Of a stretch of DNA of 64,000 nt, positions 51,962 through 63,240 are shown piece after piece (position 1 is the first letter of the stretch; each line of letters starts with the position of its first letter). The notes beneath the pieces were generated by a model. That model did no database searches. It was not told the origin of the DNA and saw nothing but the letters and a program-made list of their open reading frames with translations. The stretch covers positions 3,232,001 through 3,296,000 of the forward strand of contig NZ_JAQNDL010000001.1 of the NCBI RefSeq assembly GCF_028368995.1, in the 5' to 3' direction. Made by a program: the position numbers and the translations under genes. This DNA comes from Nannocystis bainbridge. Lineage in GTDB: Bacteria > Myxococcota_A > Polyangia > Nannocystales > Nannocystaceae.

Positions 51962-53164
51962 ATGAACATGTTGCACACGCCCTACGTGACCGAGCGGGCG
52001 CTCGGGCTGCTGGACGCGGCGCGCTGGCGGCCGCTCGAGGACGCGCTGGCGGTCTTCGTAACCGACCTGCGGGCCCGGCCGGTCGACGAGGAGGCCGGCG
52101 AGGACGCCGCCGCGCGCGTGTACCTCAAGCGGCTGGCGACGGCCGGGCTGCTCGAGTGGGTGGTGCCGGCGGCCTGGGGCGGCGCCGAGCTCGGCGAGGG
52201 CGAGGCCCGGGCGTCGGCGCTGTCGTCGACCGCCATCTGCCTGATCCGCCAGTGGCTCGCGCGCGAGAGCGGGGCGCTCGACACCGCCTTCGTCATGCAG
52301 GGCCTGGGCTCGTTCCCGCTGGCGCTGGCCGCCGACGAGTCGCTGCGCCGCTACGTGCTGCCGCGCGTGGCCAGCGGCGCGACGATCTGCGCGTTCGCCC
52401 TGACCGAGCCGGAGGCCGGGTCCGACGTCAAGAACCTGCGCACGCTGGCGACCACGGTCGACGGCGGGGTGGTGCTCGACGGCAGCAAGTGCTTCATCAG
52501 CAACGCCGGGCTGGCCGACAGCTACGTGGTGTTCGCCCGCGAGGCCGGCGAGGGCAAGCCGCGCTTCTCGGCGTTCTTCGTGGCCGGCGACGCACCTGGC
52601 CTTTCGGTCATCCGCACGCGCGTGCTGGCGCCGCACCCGATCGGCACGGTCAAGCTCGAGCGGGTGTTCGTGCCCGCGGCCCACCGCGTCGGCGAGCCCG
52701 GCGCGGGCCTCAAGCTGGCGCTCGGCAACCTCGACGTGTTCCGCGTCAGCGTCGGCGCGGCGGCCCTCGGCCTGGCCGACCGCGCGCTGGCCGAGACGGT
52801 GGCCCACCTCAAGCGCCGGGTCCAGTTCGGCAAGCCGCTGGCGGAGCAGCAGGGCCTGCAGTTCGCGCTCGCCGACCTGGCGACCGATCAGCTGGCGGCG
52901 CAGCTGCTGGTGTACCGCGCGGCCGGAGCCCGCGACGCCGGACACGCGACGTCCGACATGGCGGCGATGGCGAAGATGCACGCGACGGAGTCGGCGCAGC
53001 GAGCGATCGATCGCGCGGTGCAGAGCTTCGGCGGCCTCGGCGTGACGGTGGGCGAGGTGCCGGAGCGGCTCTACCGGGAGATCCGCGCCCTGCGGATCTA
53101 CGAGGGCGCGACCGAGGTGCAGAAGCTGGTGATCGCCCGCGCGCTGCTGGACGAGCGCGGCTGA
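51962..53164 (+). CDS. Acyl-CoA dehydrogenase
   Basis: [51 protein letters not shown]. Confidence 0.95.
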   Translation: MNMLHTPYVTERALGLLDAARWRPLEDALAVFVTDLRARPVDEEAGEDAAARVYLKRLATAGLLEWVVPAAWGGAELGEGEARASALSSTAICLIRQWLARESGALDTAFVMQGLGSFPLALAADESLRRYVLPRVASGATICAFALTEPEAGSDVKNLRTLATTVDGGVVLDGSKCFISNAGLADSYVVFAREAGEGKPRFSAFFVAGDAPGLSVIRTRVLAPHPIGTVKLERVFVPAAHRVGEPGAGLKLALGNLDVFRVSVGAAALGLADRALAETVAHLKRRVQFGKPLAEQQGLQFALADLATDQLAAQLLVYRAAGARDAGHATSDMAAMAKMHATESAQRAIDRAVQSFGGLGVTVGEVPERLYREIRALRIYEGATEVQKLVIARALLDERG

Positions 53165-53390
53165 GGCCGTTCGGCGATCGTGGCCGTCGCGGCAGCCGAG
53201 GTCGGCTCCGCCAGTGCGGCCTGGGCTGCTGCGCATCGGCCGAGCTCGACGCCATGCGACAGCGAGGCCGCGGCAGCCGTGTGCCAGGCGGGCTGCCGCA
53301 GCGCGTCGCGCCGTCGGGCGGCCGGGCGGCCGCGTGAGCGCGCGACAAAGCGCTTGCCGGCCGGCGCGCGGCCTCGCTACGCTTCGCGGC

Positions 53391-54155
53391 ATGACCAGGC
53401 CCCGAAGCGCCGCGCGCCGCGTCGTCCTGCTCGGGGCGCTGACGCTGGGCGGCTGCTCGGGCGCGCCCGCCGAGCGCGTGGTGCATGTCGCCGCGGCCAT
53501 GTCCCTGAAGGAGGCCTTCACCGACCTCGAGGCCGGCTTCGAGGCGCAGCACCCGGGCGTCGACGTGGTCTTCAACTTCGCCGGCTCGCAGACCCTGGCC
53601 GCGCAGATCGTCGCCGGCGCGCCGGCGGACGTGTTCGCCTCGGCCGACCGGGCGCAGATGGAGCGCGCGGCCGCGTCGAGCCGGATGCAGCCGGCGCGGG
53701 TGTTCGCCAGGAACAAGCTGGTGATCGTCACGCCGGCGAACGATCCGTCGATCCAGGGGCCGGCCGACCTGTCGCGCGCCGGCCTGCGGCTGATCCTCGC
53801 CGGCGAGACCGTGCCGGTCGGCGCCTACGCGCGCGAGGCCCTGAACCGCCTCGGGGTGCGCGAAGCGGCCCTCGCCAACGTCGTGTCCAACGAGGAGAAC
53901 GTGCGCGGGGTGGTCGGCAAGGTCGCCACCGGCGAGGCCGACGCGGGCATCGTCTACGCCACCGACGTCACCGCGGAGCTGGCGGACAAGCTGCGCACCG
54001 TGACCCTGGCCGGCGCCGACGACGTCGTGCCGGCGTACGAGATCGCGGCCCTCGCCGACAGCCGGCAGCCCGAGCTCGCCGCCGCGTTCGTCGACCTGGT
54101 CGCCGGCCCGGCCGGGGCCGCGGCGCTCGGCAAGCGCGGCTTCCTCCCGCCGTGA
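53391..54155 (+). CDS. modA: Molybdate ABC transporter substrate-binding protein
   Basis: AAAMSLKEAF, FAGSQTLAAQI, GAPADVFASA, VPVGAYA, GEADAGIVYATD. Confidence 0.92.
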   Translation: MTRPRSAARRVVLLGALTLGGCSGAPAERVVHVAAAMSLKEAFTDLEAGFEAQHPGVDVVFNFAGSQTLAAQIVAGAPADVFASADRAQMERAAASSRMQPARVFARNKLVIVTPANDPSIQGPADLSRAGLRLILAGETVPVGAYAREALNRLGVREAALANVVSNEENVRGVVGKVATGEADAGIVYATDVTAELADKLRTVTLAGADDVVPAYEIAALADSRQPELAAAFVDLVAGPAGAAALGKRGFLPP

Positions 54156-54188
54156 TCGGGCTGTCCCGAGGTACCTGTCTTGGACGAC

Positions 54189-54989
54189 ATGTCCTTGAAG
54201 CCCGGTCGCCCCGGGCACGCGAACCTGGCGATCGGCCTGCTCGCCGGCGCGGCGGTGGTGTTCTTCGCGCTGCCGCTGGTCGGCCTGCTGGTCCGGGTCG
54301 CGCCCGCCGAGGTGTGGCGGCAGCTGACGGCGCCGGCGGTGCAGACGGCGCTGCGGCTGTCGCTGACGGTGTCGCTGACCGCGGCCGGGCTGTCGCTGCT
54401 GCTCGGGCTGCCGCTGGCGTACGCGCTGGCGCGGCTGCCGTTCCCGGGCCGCGGGCTGGCGCGGGCGCTGGTGACGCTGCCGATGGTGCTGCCGCCGGTG
54501 GTCGGCGGCACGGCGCTGCTGGCGGCGTTCGGCCGCCGCGGCCTGCTCGGCGGTCCGCTGGAACATGGCCTCGGGGTCATCTTGCCGTACACGACCGGCG
54601 CGGCGGTGCTGGCGGCCACGTTCGTGGCGGCGCCGTTTTTGGTGATCACCGTCGAGGGCGCGCTGCGAGGGCTCGACCCACGGCTCGAGCAAGCGGCGGC
54701 GACGCTGGGCGCGAGCCGGCTGCGCATCGTCGCCACGGTGGTGCTGCCGGCGATCCGCCCGAGCCTGGTCGCCGGCCTGGCGCTGTGCTGGGCCCGCGCG
54801 CTCGGCGAGTTCGGGGCGACGATCACGTTCGCCGGCAACCTGCAGGGCCGCACGCAGACGATGCCGCTCGCGGTCTACGAGGCCCTGCATACCAGCCCCG
54901 ACGGCGCGGTCGCCCTCAGCCTGATCCTGCTGGCGGTGTCGCTGGCCCTCCTCGCGGCCCTGCGCGGCCATTTTTTTAAAGGGGGGTGA
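54189..54989 (+). CDS. modB: Molybdate ABC transporter permease
   Basis: LPMVLPPVVGG, EQAAATLGAS, WARALGEFGATITFAGN, TQTMPLAVY. Confidence 0.93.
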   Translation: MSLKPGRPGHANLAIGLLAGAAVVFFALPLVGLLVRVAPAEVWRQLTAPAVQTALRLSLTVSLTAAGLSLLLGLPLAYALARLPFPGRGLARALVTLPMVLPPVVGGTALLAAFGRRGLLGGPLEHGLGVILPYTTGAAVLAATFVAAPFLVITVEGALRGLDPRLEQAAATLGASRLRIVATVVLPAIRPSLVAGLALCWARALGEFGATITFAGNLQGRTQTMPLAVYEALHTSPDGAVALSLILLAVSLALLAALRGHFFKGG

Positions 54990-55055
54990 GCGATGCGGGA
55001 CTCGGAACACAGCGATCGCGCTCGACCCGACCGCGCATCACGAAGCACCTCGGCG

Positions 55056-55781
55056 ATGACAGCAGGCCTGGTCGCCGACATCGCGGTGCGGCGCGGCGGG
55101 TTCGCGCTCGAGCTGCAGTTCGCGCTGGCGCCGGGCGCCACGGTCGCGGTGCTCGGGCCCAACGGGGCCGGCAAGTCGACCCTCGTCGAAGCGCTCGCCG
55201 GGCTGGTGCCGCTCGCGCGCGGCGAGGTCGTGCTCGCAGGGCGCACGCTCGAGCGGCCGGCGGCGCGCGTGCGCCTGTCGCCGCAGGAACGTGGCCTCGG
55301 GGTCATGTTCCAAGGGTACTGTCTGTTCGGACATCTGAGCGCGCGCGACAACGTCGCCTACGGACCGCGAGCGCGTGGGGTCGCGCGGGCGCGGGCGCGG
55401 GCCGAGGCGCAGGCGTGGCTCGAGCGGCTCGGCGTCGGCGAGGTCGGCGACCTGCGGCCGGCCGCGCTGTCGGGCGGGCAGGCCCAGCGGGTCGCGTTGG
55501 CGCGGGCGATGATCTGCCGCCCTGCCCTGCTCCTGCTCGACGAGCCGCTGGCCGCGCTCGACGTCTCGGCGCGCGCGCAGGCCCGCAGGCTGCTGGCCGG
55601 CTGGCTGGCCGAGGCCGCTGCTATCTGCGTGATCGTCAGCCACGACGTGCGCGACGCGATCGCCCTCGCCGACGAGCTGCTGGTGGTCGAGGCCGGCCGC
55701 CTCACGGCCCGCGGCACCGCGGACGAGCTGCGCGCGCGGCCGCCGACGGACTACGTCGCGGCGGTGCTCGGCGAAGGTTGA
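55056..55781 (+). CDS. modC: Molybdate ABC transporter ATP-binding protein
   Basis: GPNGAGKST, LSGGQAQRVALARA, LLLDEPLAALD; follows modAB; frame open from 54993. Confidence 0.88.
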   Translation: MTAGLVADIAVRRGGFALELQFALAPGATVAVLGPNGAGKSTLVEALAGLVPLARGEVVLAGRTLERPAARVRLSPQERGLGVMFQGYCLFGHLSARDNVAYGPRARGVARARARAEAQAWLERLGVGEVGDLRPAALSGGQAQRVALARAMICRPALLLLDEPLAALDVSARAQARRLLAGWLAEAAAICVIVSHDVRDAIALADELLVVEAGRLTARGTADELRARPPTDYVAAVLGEG

Positions 55782-55794
55782 TGCGTGCGTCGCG

Positions 55795-56085
55795 GCGATC
55801 GCGTGGCGCGTGCCGGCGGACCGCTGCGATCAACCTGGCAGCGAGACCTCGAACCATCCCACAACATGTCCCCGAGGACATGTCCATACGTGCCTAGCGA
55901 TGATCGCGTGGCGCGAGTGAGCACCGGCGACCCGTGGCGAGGAACCTGCCCGCGGGACCTCGAACCAGACCTGTCCCCGAGGACATGTCCATAAGCACAA
56001 CGCAGCGACCGCGTGGCGCATCGATGAGATGCTCGCGGGGCATCGACCGGGCCGAATCAGCCTGTCCCCGGGGACATGTTCATGA
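55795..56085. repeat. Degenerate ~105-bp repeats carrying TGTC-N6-GACA between convergent genes
   Basis: cgcgtggcgc...gacctcgaacca...tgtccccgaggacatgtccata twice plus a decayed third copy; motifs at 55867, 55972, 56063. Confidence 0.8.
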
Positions 56086-56154
56086 TACCGGCGTGATTCA
56101 AGAAGGCGCGGATCCCCGCGAGCACTCGGGCCGCCGTGCCTCGCTATCACCGGC

Positions 56155-57258
56155 TCACTTGCGGCGCTTCTGCTCGAGATCGCTGTAGAGCGCGTCGTAG
56201 CGGCTCGCCATCTGTGTCAGCGAGAACTCGCGGGCCGCCAGGGTCGCGGCGGCTTCGGACCACGAGGCGACGTGGTCGCCGTGGACCACCTCCGCGATCG
56301 CGCGGGCGAACGCGTCGGGCTCGGCCGGCGCGGCCAGGCCCGCGCGCAGGCCCGCGCCGTGGCCCACGTGCAGCAGCTCCGCCGCCGGCGAGACATCGAC
56401 GATCGCGGCCGGCACCCCGCGGGCCAGGCCCTCGAGCAGCGCCAGCGGCAGATCGACCTTCTTGCGCGTGTGCGTGGCCGCGAACAGCTGCAGCGCGCTG
56501 CGGCGGTACAGCGCGTCCATGTCGGCCACCTCGGCCAGCAGCTCCACCCGGCCCGACGCCAGCTCGCCGGCCAGGTCGCGCTGGATCCCTGCGCGCGCCT
56601 CCGCGTCGCCCTCTGCTTTCGGTCGGCACGCGATCGTCAGCGACCAGCCGCTCGCCGCGGTCGCGCGGGCCAGCGCCACCAGGCGCGCGGCGATGTCGCG
56701 ATCGAGGTCACCGGCGTAGAGCAGGCGCTTGCGGCCGGCGACCTCGGTCGGGTGGTCGGCCGCGGTGGCGGCCACGGCCGGGCGGATCGTGGCGATCTTG
56801 TTCTCGGGCACGCCGGCGTCGCGCAGGCGCCGGGCTGTCCCGTGGGACAGGGCGACCACCGCGTCGAGCGGGCGCAGCAGCGGGGTCCAGGCCTCGGCCT
56901 CGTGCGACGACATCAAGCTCTGCACGAACAGCCGCCGCGGCTGCAGCCGGCGCAGCAGCGACACCACCGCCGCCGTCGCCTTGCCTGGCGTAAAGGACAG
57001 GTGCACCGGCATGCCCGGGTGGCGCAGCATCGCCGCCAGCGCCCGCAGCTTGTCGGTCATCGTCGGCGCGTAGCCGGCCGGCGGCGCGCCGATCACCCGG
57101 TCGCCTGTGGGCCGCAGCGGCGCCGCCGGGTCGCCGAGATAGGCCAGCTGCCGGCTCTCCGGCATGTGCTGCACCAGGTCGCGCAGCAGCACGGTGCTGC
57201 CGTCGCGGAACGGCGTCCGCAGCGGCTTGGAGATGATGAGCCAGGGCTTTTGGGACAT
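56155..57258 (-). CDS. GT-B (family 4-like) glycosyltransferase
   Basis: LLYAGDL, DLPLALLEGLARGVP, AAREFSL...YDALY. Confidence 0.82.
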   Translation of the reverse strand: MSQKPWLIISKPLRTPFRDGSTVLLRDLVQHMPESRQLAYLGDPAAPLRPTGDRVIGAPPAGYAPTMTDKLRALAAMLRHPGMPVHLSFTPGKATAAVVSLLRRLQPRRLFVQSLMSSHEAEAWTPLLRPLDAVVALSHGTARRLRDAGVPENKIATIRPAVAATAADHPTEVAGRKRLLYAGDLDRDIAARLVALARATAASGWSLTIACRPKAEGDAEARAGIQRDLAGELASGRVELLAEVADMDALYRRSALQLFAATHTRKKVDLPLALLEGLARGVPAAIVDVSPAAELLHVGHGAGLRAGLAAPAEPDAFARAIAEVVHGDHVASWSEAAATLAAREFSLTQMASRYDALYSDLEQKRRK

Positions 57259-57261
57259 GTC

Positions 57262-58734
57262 CTAAGGAGCACGCTTCTTGCGGAGCTCGCGGAGCTCCGC
57301 CGGCGTGACGGCGCGGGTGACGGCGACGGCGCCGAGGAACACGGCGGCGAGCAGCGCCAGCTTGACGATGATGAGGAGCTTGCTGGTCGGCGCCCACGCC
57401 CGCGACGCGGCCTCGACCAGGGCGACGGCCGCCAGCAGCTTGAGCAGGTAGACCGGCGAGAGCGCCGCCCCGAGGCTGCGGGCCAGCGCGATCAGGCTGA
57501 CGACCGCGCCGGCGGCCCCGCCGATCGCCACCGCCGTGGCCGCGCCCGAGGTGAAGCTCTGCGGCACCAGCACGAGGCCGGCCGCGCCGACGACCAGCAG
57601 CGGCACCGCGATCAGCAGCAGCGCCAGCCGCGAGCGGCGGGTGCTGTTGAAGATCCACGCCGCCGTGACCGTGAGCGAGTAGCCCGACATGCCCCACACC
57701 AGGAGCCGCAGCTCGCCCGCGGCCTCGCCGTAGGCGGCCGGGAACAGCAGCCGCTGGACCTCGGGCGCCGCGCCGGCGCCGACGCTGCTCATGAAGCACA
57801 GCAGGAACACGCTGATCTTGGCGGTCGCGGTGACGTAGCGCTCGATCTGGGCCCGGTCGCTCTGCGCCTGCAGCGTCGCGATCAGCGGGAACATCACCAG
57901 GCTGACCGCGTTCATCATGCTGTAGGGCACGCGCGCGACCAGGTTGGCGCTCGAGTAGAAGCCGACGGCGTCCTTCTGCGCCTGCGAGGTGGTGAACTGC
58001 TTGAGCAGCACCAGGTCGAGCGCCTGCAGCAGGTTGACGCCGGCGGTGAACACCAGCAGGAGGCCGGTGAACTCGGCCATCGCCGGCAGCGGGCCGGCGG
58101 CGCCGCCGGCGGCGCGCGGGCGGCTGCGGCTGACGAACACGATCGACAGGCCGAAGGCCAGCAGCGACGCGAAGGTGAAGCCGCCGAGGATCTCGGCCAG
58201 CCCGAAGCCCATGGCCGCGGCGCCGACGATCAGCGTCGTCTTCGTCATCGCCATGAAGATGTCGAGGCCGGCCTGGAACTGGAATTTGCGGACGGCGTTG
58301 AGCGTGCCGACGTTGACCGCGTAGGCGGCGTAGATCAGCGGGATGATGCCGACCACACGCAGCGCGCCGGCCAGCGACGGGTCGCGCAGCGCGTGGGTGG
58401 CGAGCAGGTCGGCGCCGAGGATGAAGACGAGGGCGACCAGACCGCCGAGCACGCCGGCCAGGCGGAAGCCCCGCCGCCGGAGCTCGTCGTAGGACGGCAG
58501 GCCGGCGTCGAACTCGGCCGACATCGGACGACTGACCGCGAACAGCAGCGTCTGGATCAGCACCATGTTCGGGATGGCGATGATCTGGCTGACGACCGTG
58601 TAATCGCCGAACGTGCCTGGAGGCACGAGGCGCGTCAGGGCGATCGAAACGGCGTAGCCGGCGAGCAGGAAGAAGAGCTTGGCAAAGCCGAGAGAAAGGC
58701 CGCCCTTGCTGAGTTCGCTGGCGTCTGTGGCCAC
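57262..58734 (-). CDS. Oligosaccharide flippase (Wzx/MurJ-like MOP family)
   Basis: About 14 hydrophobic segments; DLVLLKQ...VGFYSSANLVARVP...VMFPLIA; adjacent to glycosyltransferase. Confidence 0.85.
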   Translation of the reverse strand: MATDASELSKGGLSLGFAKLFFLLAGYAVSIALTRLVPPGTFGDYTVVSQIIAIPNMVLIQTLLFAVSRPMSAEFDAGLPSYDELRRRGFRLAGVLGGLVALVFILGADLLATHALRDPSLAGALRVVGIIPLIYAAYAVNVGTLNAVRKFQFQAGLDIFMAMTKTTLIVGAAAMGFGLAEILGGFTFASLLAFGLSIVFVSRSRPRAAGGAAGPLPAMAEFTGLLLVFTAGVNLLQALDLVLLKQFTTSQAQKDAVGFYSSANLVARVPYSMMNAVSLVMFPLIATLQAQSDRAQIERYVTATAKISVFLLCFMSSVGAGAAPEVQRLLFPAAYGEAAGELRLLVWGMSGYSLTVTAAWIFNSTRRSRLALLLIAVPLLVVGAAGLVLVPQSFTSGAATAVAIGGAAGAVVSLIALARSLGAALSPVYLLKLLAAVALVEAASRAWAPTSKLLIIVKLALLAAVFLGAVAVTRAVTPAELRELRKKRAP

Positions 58735-58904
58735 GGGTCGCGCACACTATCACGATGCACACCGAGCAACGGCAGCGCGGGCCACCTGGGCGGCCGCGAC
58801 GAGCAGCGGAAGGCGCGCCCGCGGCGAATGCGCAATGGCGTCGAGTTTGACGTCCACGCCCTCCGTTACCTACTCTGGCGATGACGATCCCCCCAGCGTC
58901 GCAC

Positions 58905-58982
<78 letters not shown>

Positions 58983-58994
58983 CAGGCGTCCCCC

Positions 58995-59807
58995 ATGACA
59001 GATATCCACCCGCAAATCCCCGCCCTTCGTACGCTGCAACGTCAGGACCGTCGCCTCACCCTGATGGAGCGGCGCCTGAGCGAGATCCCCAGCCGGATCG
59101 TCACCCTCGACACCGACCTGCACAAGCTCGAGCAGATGCTCTCCAGCGAGCGCAGCAAGCTCGACGACACGCGCTCGTTCCAGCAGCGGCAGGAGATGCA
59201 GCTCCACGACGAAGAGGACCTGATCCGCAGCAGCAAGGCCAAGCTCGGCGCGATCAAGACCGCCCGCGAGCTCAACGCCCAGCAGCGCGAGCTCGAGACG
59301 ACCCGCCGCATGGTCCAGACCCGCACCGGCGAGATCGGCAAGCTGCAGGAGGCGGTCCACAAGACCGAGGCCCAGATCGCCAAGATGGACGCCGCGCTGC
59401 AGGCGCTGCGCCAGACCGCCGATGCCGAGAAGACCAAGCTCGGCGAGGAGCAGGGCCGCCTGAACGAGTCGATCGACAAGGCCAAGAAGGTCCGCACCCG
59501 CCTGGTCAAGGACATCGACCGCGAGACGCTGGCCTCCTACGAGCGGATCCGCAGGCGCCTCGGCGGCGTGGCGTTCGTCGCCGCCCACCGCGAGCGCTGC
59601 ACCGCCTGCAAGATGGTCATCCCGCACATCATGTACACCCGCCTGCTCAAGGGCCGGGAGATCCCCGCCTGCGAGTCCTGCGGCCGCCTGCTCTACTGGT
59701 CAGGCCACTTCCCCGAGGACCACAACACCTTCGAGGCGAAGAAAGAAGAAGACACCAGCAAGCCGAAGCCCGCCGCGGACGTGATCCCCGGCGTGCGCGA
59801 GTTCTGA
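58995..59807 (+). CDS. Coiled-coil protein with C4-type zinc ribbon (DUF164-like)
   Basis: Long coiled coil, YERIR, CTAC...CESCGRLLY. Confidence 0.88.
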   Translation: MTDIHPQIPALRTLQRQDRRLTLMERRLSEIPSRIVTLDTDLHKLEQMLSSERSKLDDTRSFQQRQEMQLHDEEDLIRSSKAKLGAIKTARELNAQQRELETTRRMVQTRTGEIGKLQEAVHKTEAQIAKMDAALQALRQTADAEKTKLGEEQGRLNESIDKAKKVRTRLVKDIDRETLASYERIRRRLGGVAFVAAHRERCTACKMVIPHIMYTRLLKGREIPACESCGRLLYWSGHFPEDHNTFEAKKEEDTSKPKPAADVIPGVREF

Positions 59808-59904
59808 TCGCCGCCGGCGCGGCCGGGAGCCCGGCCGCGCGAGCGCTCGGTCGAAGCCCGCGGCCGCATGAGCCGGTCCGCGTGGGCTGAGCGACTCGCT
59901 CGGC

Positions 59905-60115
59905 GGCCTGTCCGTCGGGACAGGCTGAGACGGGCAGGCAGGTCCGCGAGGACGGCTCGAGTCGTTCCGGCGGGGCGACCGACCTGTCTGTCGTAACAGG
60001 CTGAGACGTGCGAACCTGTCCATGCGGACAGGTCGGCTCGCTGCGAGCGAGCGACACGTCTTTCGGGACAGGCTGATACGGTGGCGCGAAGGGACCTGTC
60101 CGTGCGGACAGATCG
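59905..60115. repeat. Cluster of TGTC-N6-GACA palindromes in short degenerate repeats between convergent genes
   Basis: Exact motifs at 59909, 60017, 60097; variants at 59985, 60057; caggctga(g/t)acg recurs three times. Confidence 0.82.
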
Positions 60116-60117
60116 CC

Positions 60118-60825
60118 TCACACGTAGCGCGTCGGGTCTTCCACGCCGGCGGCGACGAAGCCGTCGCGGCGCAGGCGGCAGCTTTCGCAGCGGCCGCAGG
60201 CGCGCGGGCGGTCGTCTTCGACCCGCGGGTCGTAGCAGGACACCGTGTCGGCGTAGTCGACCCCGGCGGCCTGGCCCGCTTCGATGATCTGGCGCTTGGA
60301 CCAGTCGATCAGCGGCGCGCGCACGCGCAGCGGCTTGCCCTCGACCCCGGCGCGGGTGGCCTCGGCGGCGAGGCGCTCGAACGCGGCCAGGAACTCGGGG
60401 CGGCAGTCGGGGTAGCCGGAGTAGTCGACCGCGTTGACGCCGACCCAGATCTCGCCAGCGCCGAGGACCTCGGCCCAGCCGAGCGCGTAGGCGAGGAAGA
60501 GGGTGTTGCGGGCGGGGACGTAGGTGCTGGGGATCTCGCCGGCGACGGGCTGGCTGTCCTTGGGGACAGCTGCGCTGCTGGCCTGCAGCAGCGAGGTGCC
60601 GGCGGCGACGAGGCGGCCGAGGTGGGCCAGGTCGACGACCTCGTGGGCGCGCGCGCCGAAGCGGGCCGCCTGGCGCGCGGCGCTCTCGAGCTCGACCTCG
60701 TGGCGCTGGCCGTAGCGGAAGCTGAGCGCGTAGGTCTCGCGCCCCTCGCTGGCGGCGAGCGCCAGCACGGTCGTCGAGTCGAGGCCGCCGCTGAGGAGGA
60801 CGACGGCGCGCACTGGTTCGGTCAT
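60118..60825 (-). CDS. queC: 7-cyano-7-deazaguanine synthase
   Basis: [47 protein letters not shown]. Confidence 0.96.
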   Translation of the reverse strand: MTEPVRAVVLLSGGLDSTTVLALAASEGRETYALSFRYGQRHEVELESAARQAARFGARAHEVVDLAHLGRLVAAGTSLLQASSAAVPKDSQPVAGEIPSTYVPARNTLFLAYALGWAEVLGAGEIWVGVNAVDYSGYPDCRPEFLAAFERLAAEATRAGVEGKPLRVRAPLIDWSKRQIIEAGQAAGVDYADTVSCYDPRVEDDRPRACGRCESCRLRRDGFVAAGVEDPTRYV

Positions 60826-60856
60826 GGCGACCTCGAGGGGCGGAGGACCGCCGACC

Positions 60857-61768
60857 TCACGCGGGCGTGAAGGTCGAGTCGATGGAGTTGACGATCTCGA
60901 CGTTCATCTGCCCGGCCGAGATGTTGGTGGTCGACGACGAGGTGCGGCGGACCGGCAGCTGCTCGTCGAGGTTGAACAGGACGGTGCCCTCGGCGGCGAC
61001 GTCGAGGGTGATCATCTGCTTGCCCTGCTCGACCGCGCCGGACGACTCGGACTCGTACTTGACCTCGGCGATGCGCTTGCCCGAGGAGCTGTCGATCTTG
61101 ACCAGCGTGAACTTGCTGGTGGTGTCGACCGGGATCACCAGACCCTGCAGGTTCTCGTCCTTGCGCTCGGTGGTCTCCACCGTCTTGCCCTCGACCAGCG
61201 CGGCCTTCGGCAGCTCCGGCAGGCCGAGCACGCCGGTGGCGAAGCCGCCGACCGCGGCCTCGACGCCCTTCTTCTCCTTGGCGGCCGCCGTCTCCGGCAG
61301 CGCCTTGGTCCCGGCCTCGTCGAGCTCGCCGCGGTTGTCGGCGACGAAGGCGCCGGTGAAGCTCTGGACCGCGGCCTTGGGGTCGACCGGCGTCTCACCC
61401 TCCTTGGGCGGCGGCAACATGTCCTTGCCGAGCACGAACTCGCGGACCTCGGCCACGGTCAGGCCGACCTTGAGCTTGCCGCCGCCGGCGTCGCTCACGT
61501 CGAGCAGGCCGGACAGGTCGCCCGAGGCCTCGTTGACGCCCTGGGGCGAGGTCGCCTTGAAGCTGAACTTGACGTCGGCCCGCAGCTTGACCGGGCCGGC
61601 CTTGTAGCGCAGCTCGGTGCCCCCCTTGGCCACTTCGCCGGAGCCGCCCGCCCCGTCCGGACCGGCCGAGTCGGCGCCCTTCTTGCAGGCGAGCGGGGAC
61701 GAGGCGAGCGCGACGAACAGGGCGAAGACCGCAGGACGGCGGCCGAGGAGGGTGCGTGAGGTCGACAT
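60857..61768 (-). CDS. Hypothetical beta-rich lipoprotein
   Basis: Lipobox PLAC followed by KK; strong GC3 bias; ATG 61768 preferred. Confidence 0.75.
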   Translation of the reverse strand: MSTSRTLLGRRPAVFALFVALASSPLACKKGADSAGPDGAGGSGEVAKGGTELRYKAGPVKLRADVKFSFKATSPQGVNEASGDLSGLLDVSDAGGGKLKVGLTVAEVREFVLGKDMLPPPKEGETPVDPKAAVQSFTGAFVADNRGELDEAGTKALPETAAAKEKKGVEAAVGGFATGVLGLPELPKAALVEGKTVETTERKDENLQGLVIPVDTTSKFTLVKIDSSSGKRIAEVKYESESSGAVEQGKQMITLDVAAEGTVLFNLDEQLPVRRTSSSTTNISAGQMNVEIVNSIDSTFTPA

Positions 61769-61865
61769 CGGCGGCAACGCTAACCGCGCGAGCCAGGCCG
61801 TGCAACCGGGCCGCAGGCGCACGCCCGTGAAAAAGCTCTGCCCCTCTGCTAAGAAGTCGCCGCCC

Positions 61866-62810
61866 ATGGTCCTGGCTCTCTTCAAGCGCCTCCTCGGCCG
61901 CCGGCCGACAATGCCGCGCGACCAGATCACCCGCATCCCACGGGCAGTCCGCAAGGCCACCGAGCCGCAGGTCGCCGCCATCCAGGCCGCCCTCGACGAG
62001 CTCGCCGCGCTGCCGGGGCTCGCCGACATCGCCCTGAACAAGCGCGCCCCCAAGGGCTTCTACGCGGCCGCCGCCCGCTTCGTCGCCGCCTACGACGCCT
62101 ACGTCGAGGCTGTCTCGAAGCACATGAACCTCGGGTCAGCCGCCCGCCCCGGCACGCCGGAGGGGTTCCGCTGCTGCCACGAGCAGCCGGTCGGCGTCAG
62201 CGGGGTCGAGGCGCTGCTGATCTACCGCACGATCCGCCCGTGGCGTGACTTCGCTGAGGTGGCCAAGCGCCTGGCCGAGCTCGGTGAGGCGCAGTTCAAG
62301 GAGATCCAGCAGCGTCACACCGGCAAGGACCCGGAGAAGATCGCGATGACGGACACGGCGGTCGAGCAGGGCCGGCTGGCGTTCGCCCAGCGCGGCGACC
62401 TGTGCCCGCTGCTCGACCCGCAGACCCACCGCTGCCGCGTCTGGGACGTGCGACCCAACGTGTGCCGCATGCACTTCGTGGTCGGCGACCCCGAAGCCGC
62501 GGACCCGCGCAGCCCGGGGTTCGCCAAGGTGCAAGCCCGCAACATCCGCCTGCCGGTGCGCCAGCAGGTGGCGTTGATGCAGATCGAGAAGCGGATGATG
62601 CTCGGCGTGGCGCCGTTCCTCAACGCGGGCCTGCTGCAGATGCTGCAGTTCTGCGAGGGGCAGACGATCCCCGAAGTCGGCGAGACGGCGCCGCGGTTCG
62701 CCCCCGACGGCCAGCCCGCGCCGAAGGCCAACCGCAACAATCCGGCCGCCAAGAAATTTCAGAAGGAGCGCGCGCGAGAGCAGCGGCGCGCGCCCAGCAA
62801 GAAGAAGTGA
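61866..62810 (+). CDS. YkgJ-family (CxxCxxCC-like) cysteine cluster protein
   Basis: FRCCHE, CPLLD...CRVWDVRPNVCR. Confidence 0.8.
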   Translation: MVLALFKRLLGRRPTMPRDQITRIPRAVRKATEPQVAAIQAALDELAALPGLADIALNKRAPKGFYAAAARFVAAYDAYVEAVSKHMNLGSAARPGTPEGFRCCHEQPVGVSGVEALLIYRTIRPWRDFAEVAKRLAELGEAQFKEIQQRHTGKDPEKIAMTDTAVEQGRLAFAQRGDLCPLLDPQTHRCRVWDVRPNVCRMHFVVGDPEAADPRSPGFAKVQARNIRLPVRQQVALMQIEKRMMLGVAPFLNAGLLQMLQFCEGQTIPEVGETAPRFAPDGQPAPKANRNNPAAKKFQKERAREQRRAPSKKK

Positions 62811-62814
62811 GGGC

Positions 62815-63130
62815 CCGCAGGCGGGCGCTCGGTCGCGCGGGTGCGTCACGGCTGCGAAGTCGATGCGAGGCCCGCGGCCTCGCGCGAGCGCGGCGCGCCG
62901 AAGTTGCGAAGCCCCGCGGTCTCGCGTGGTGCGACGCGGCTGCGAAGTCGATGCGAAGACCGCGTCGCTCGCTCGCGTGAGCGCGGCGCGGCTGCGAAGT
63001 CGACGCGAGGCCCGCGTCCCTCGCTCGCGTGAGCGCGGCGCGGCTGCGAAGTCGATGCGAGGCCCTCGGTCCTTGCTCGCGTGAGAGCGCGCGACCTCGA
63101 AGATGATGCGAGGCCCGCGGGCCCGCGAGT
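62815..63130. repeat. ~51-bp degenerate tandem repeat (REP-like) between convergent genes
   Basis: cggctgcgaagtcga(t/c)gcga recurs four times, linked by ctcgcgtgagcgcggcgc, plus decayed copies. Confidence 0.85.
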
Positions 63131-63240
63131 GCTCGCCCGCGCGAGGCGCCAGCCAACTGCTGGAAGAAGGATGCGGGCCCCGCACCGGGGCACGTCGACC
63201 CCGCGCTCGCGGGCTCTCGACCTCCGCCGACGATGCGGCC

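Noticed and set aside
60118-60825. queC as part of a QatABCD or Dpd DNA-modification defence system
   Set aside because: Canonical-length QueC with no ATPase, TatD or dpd neighbours
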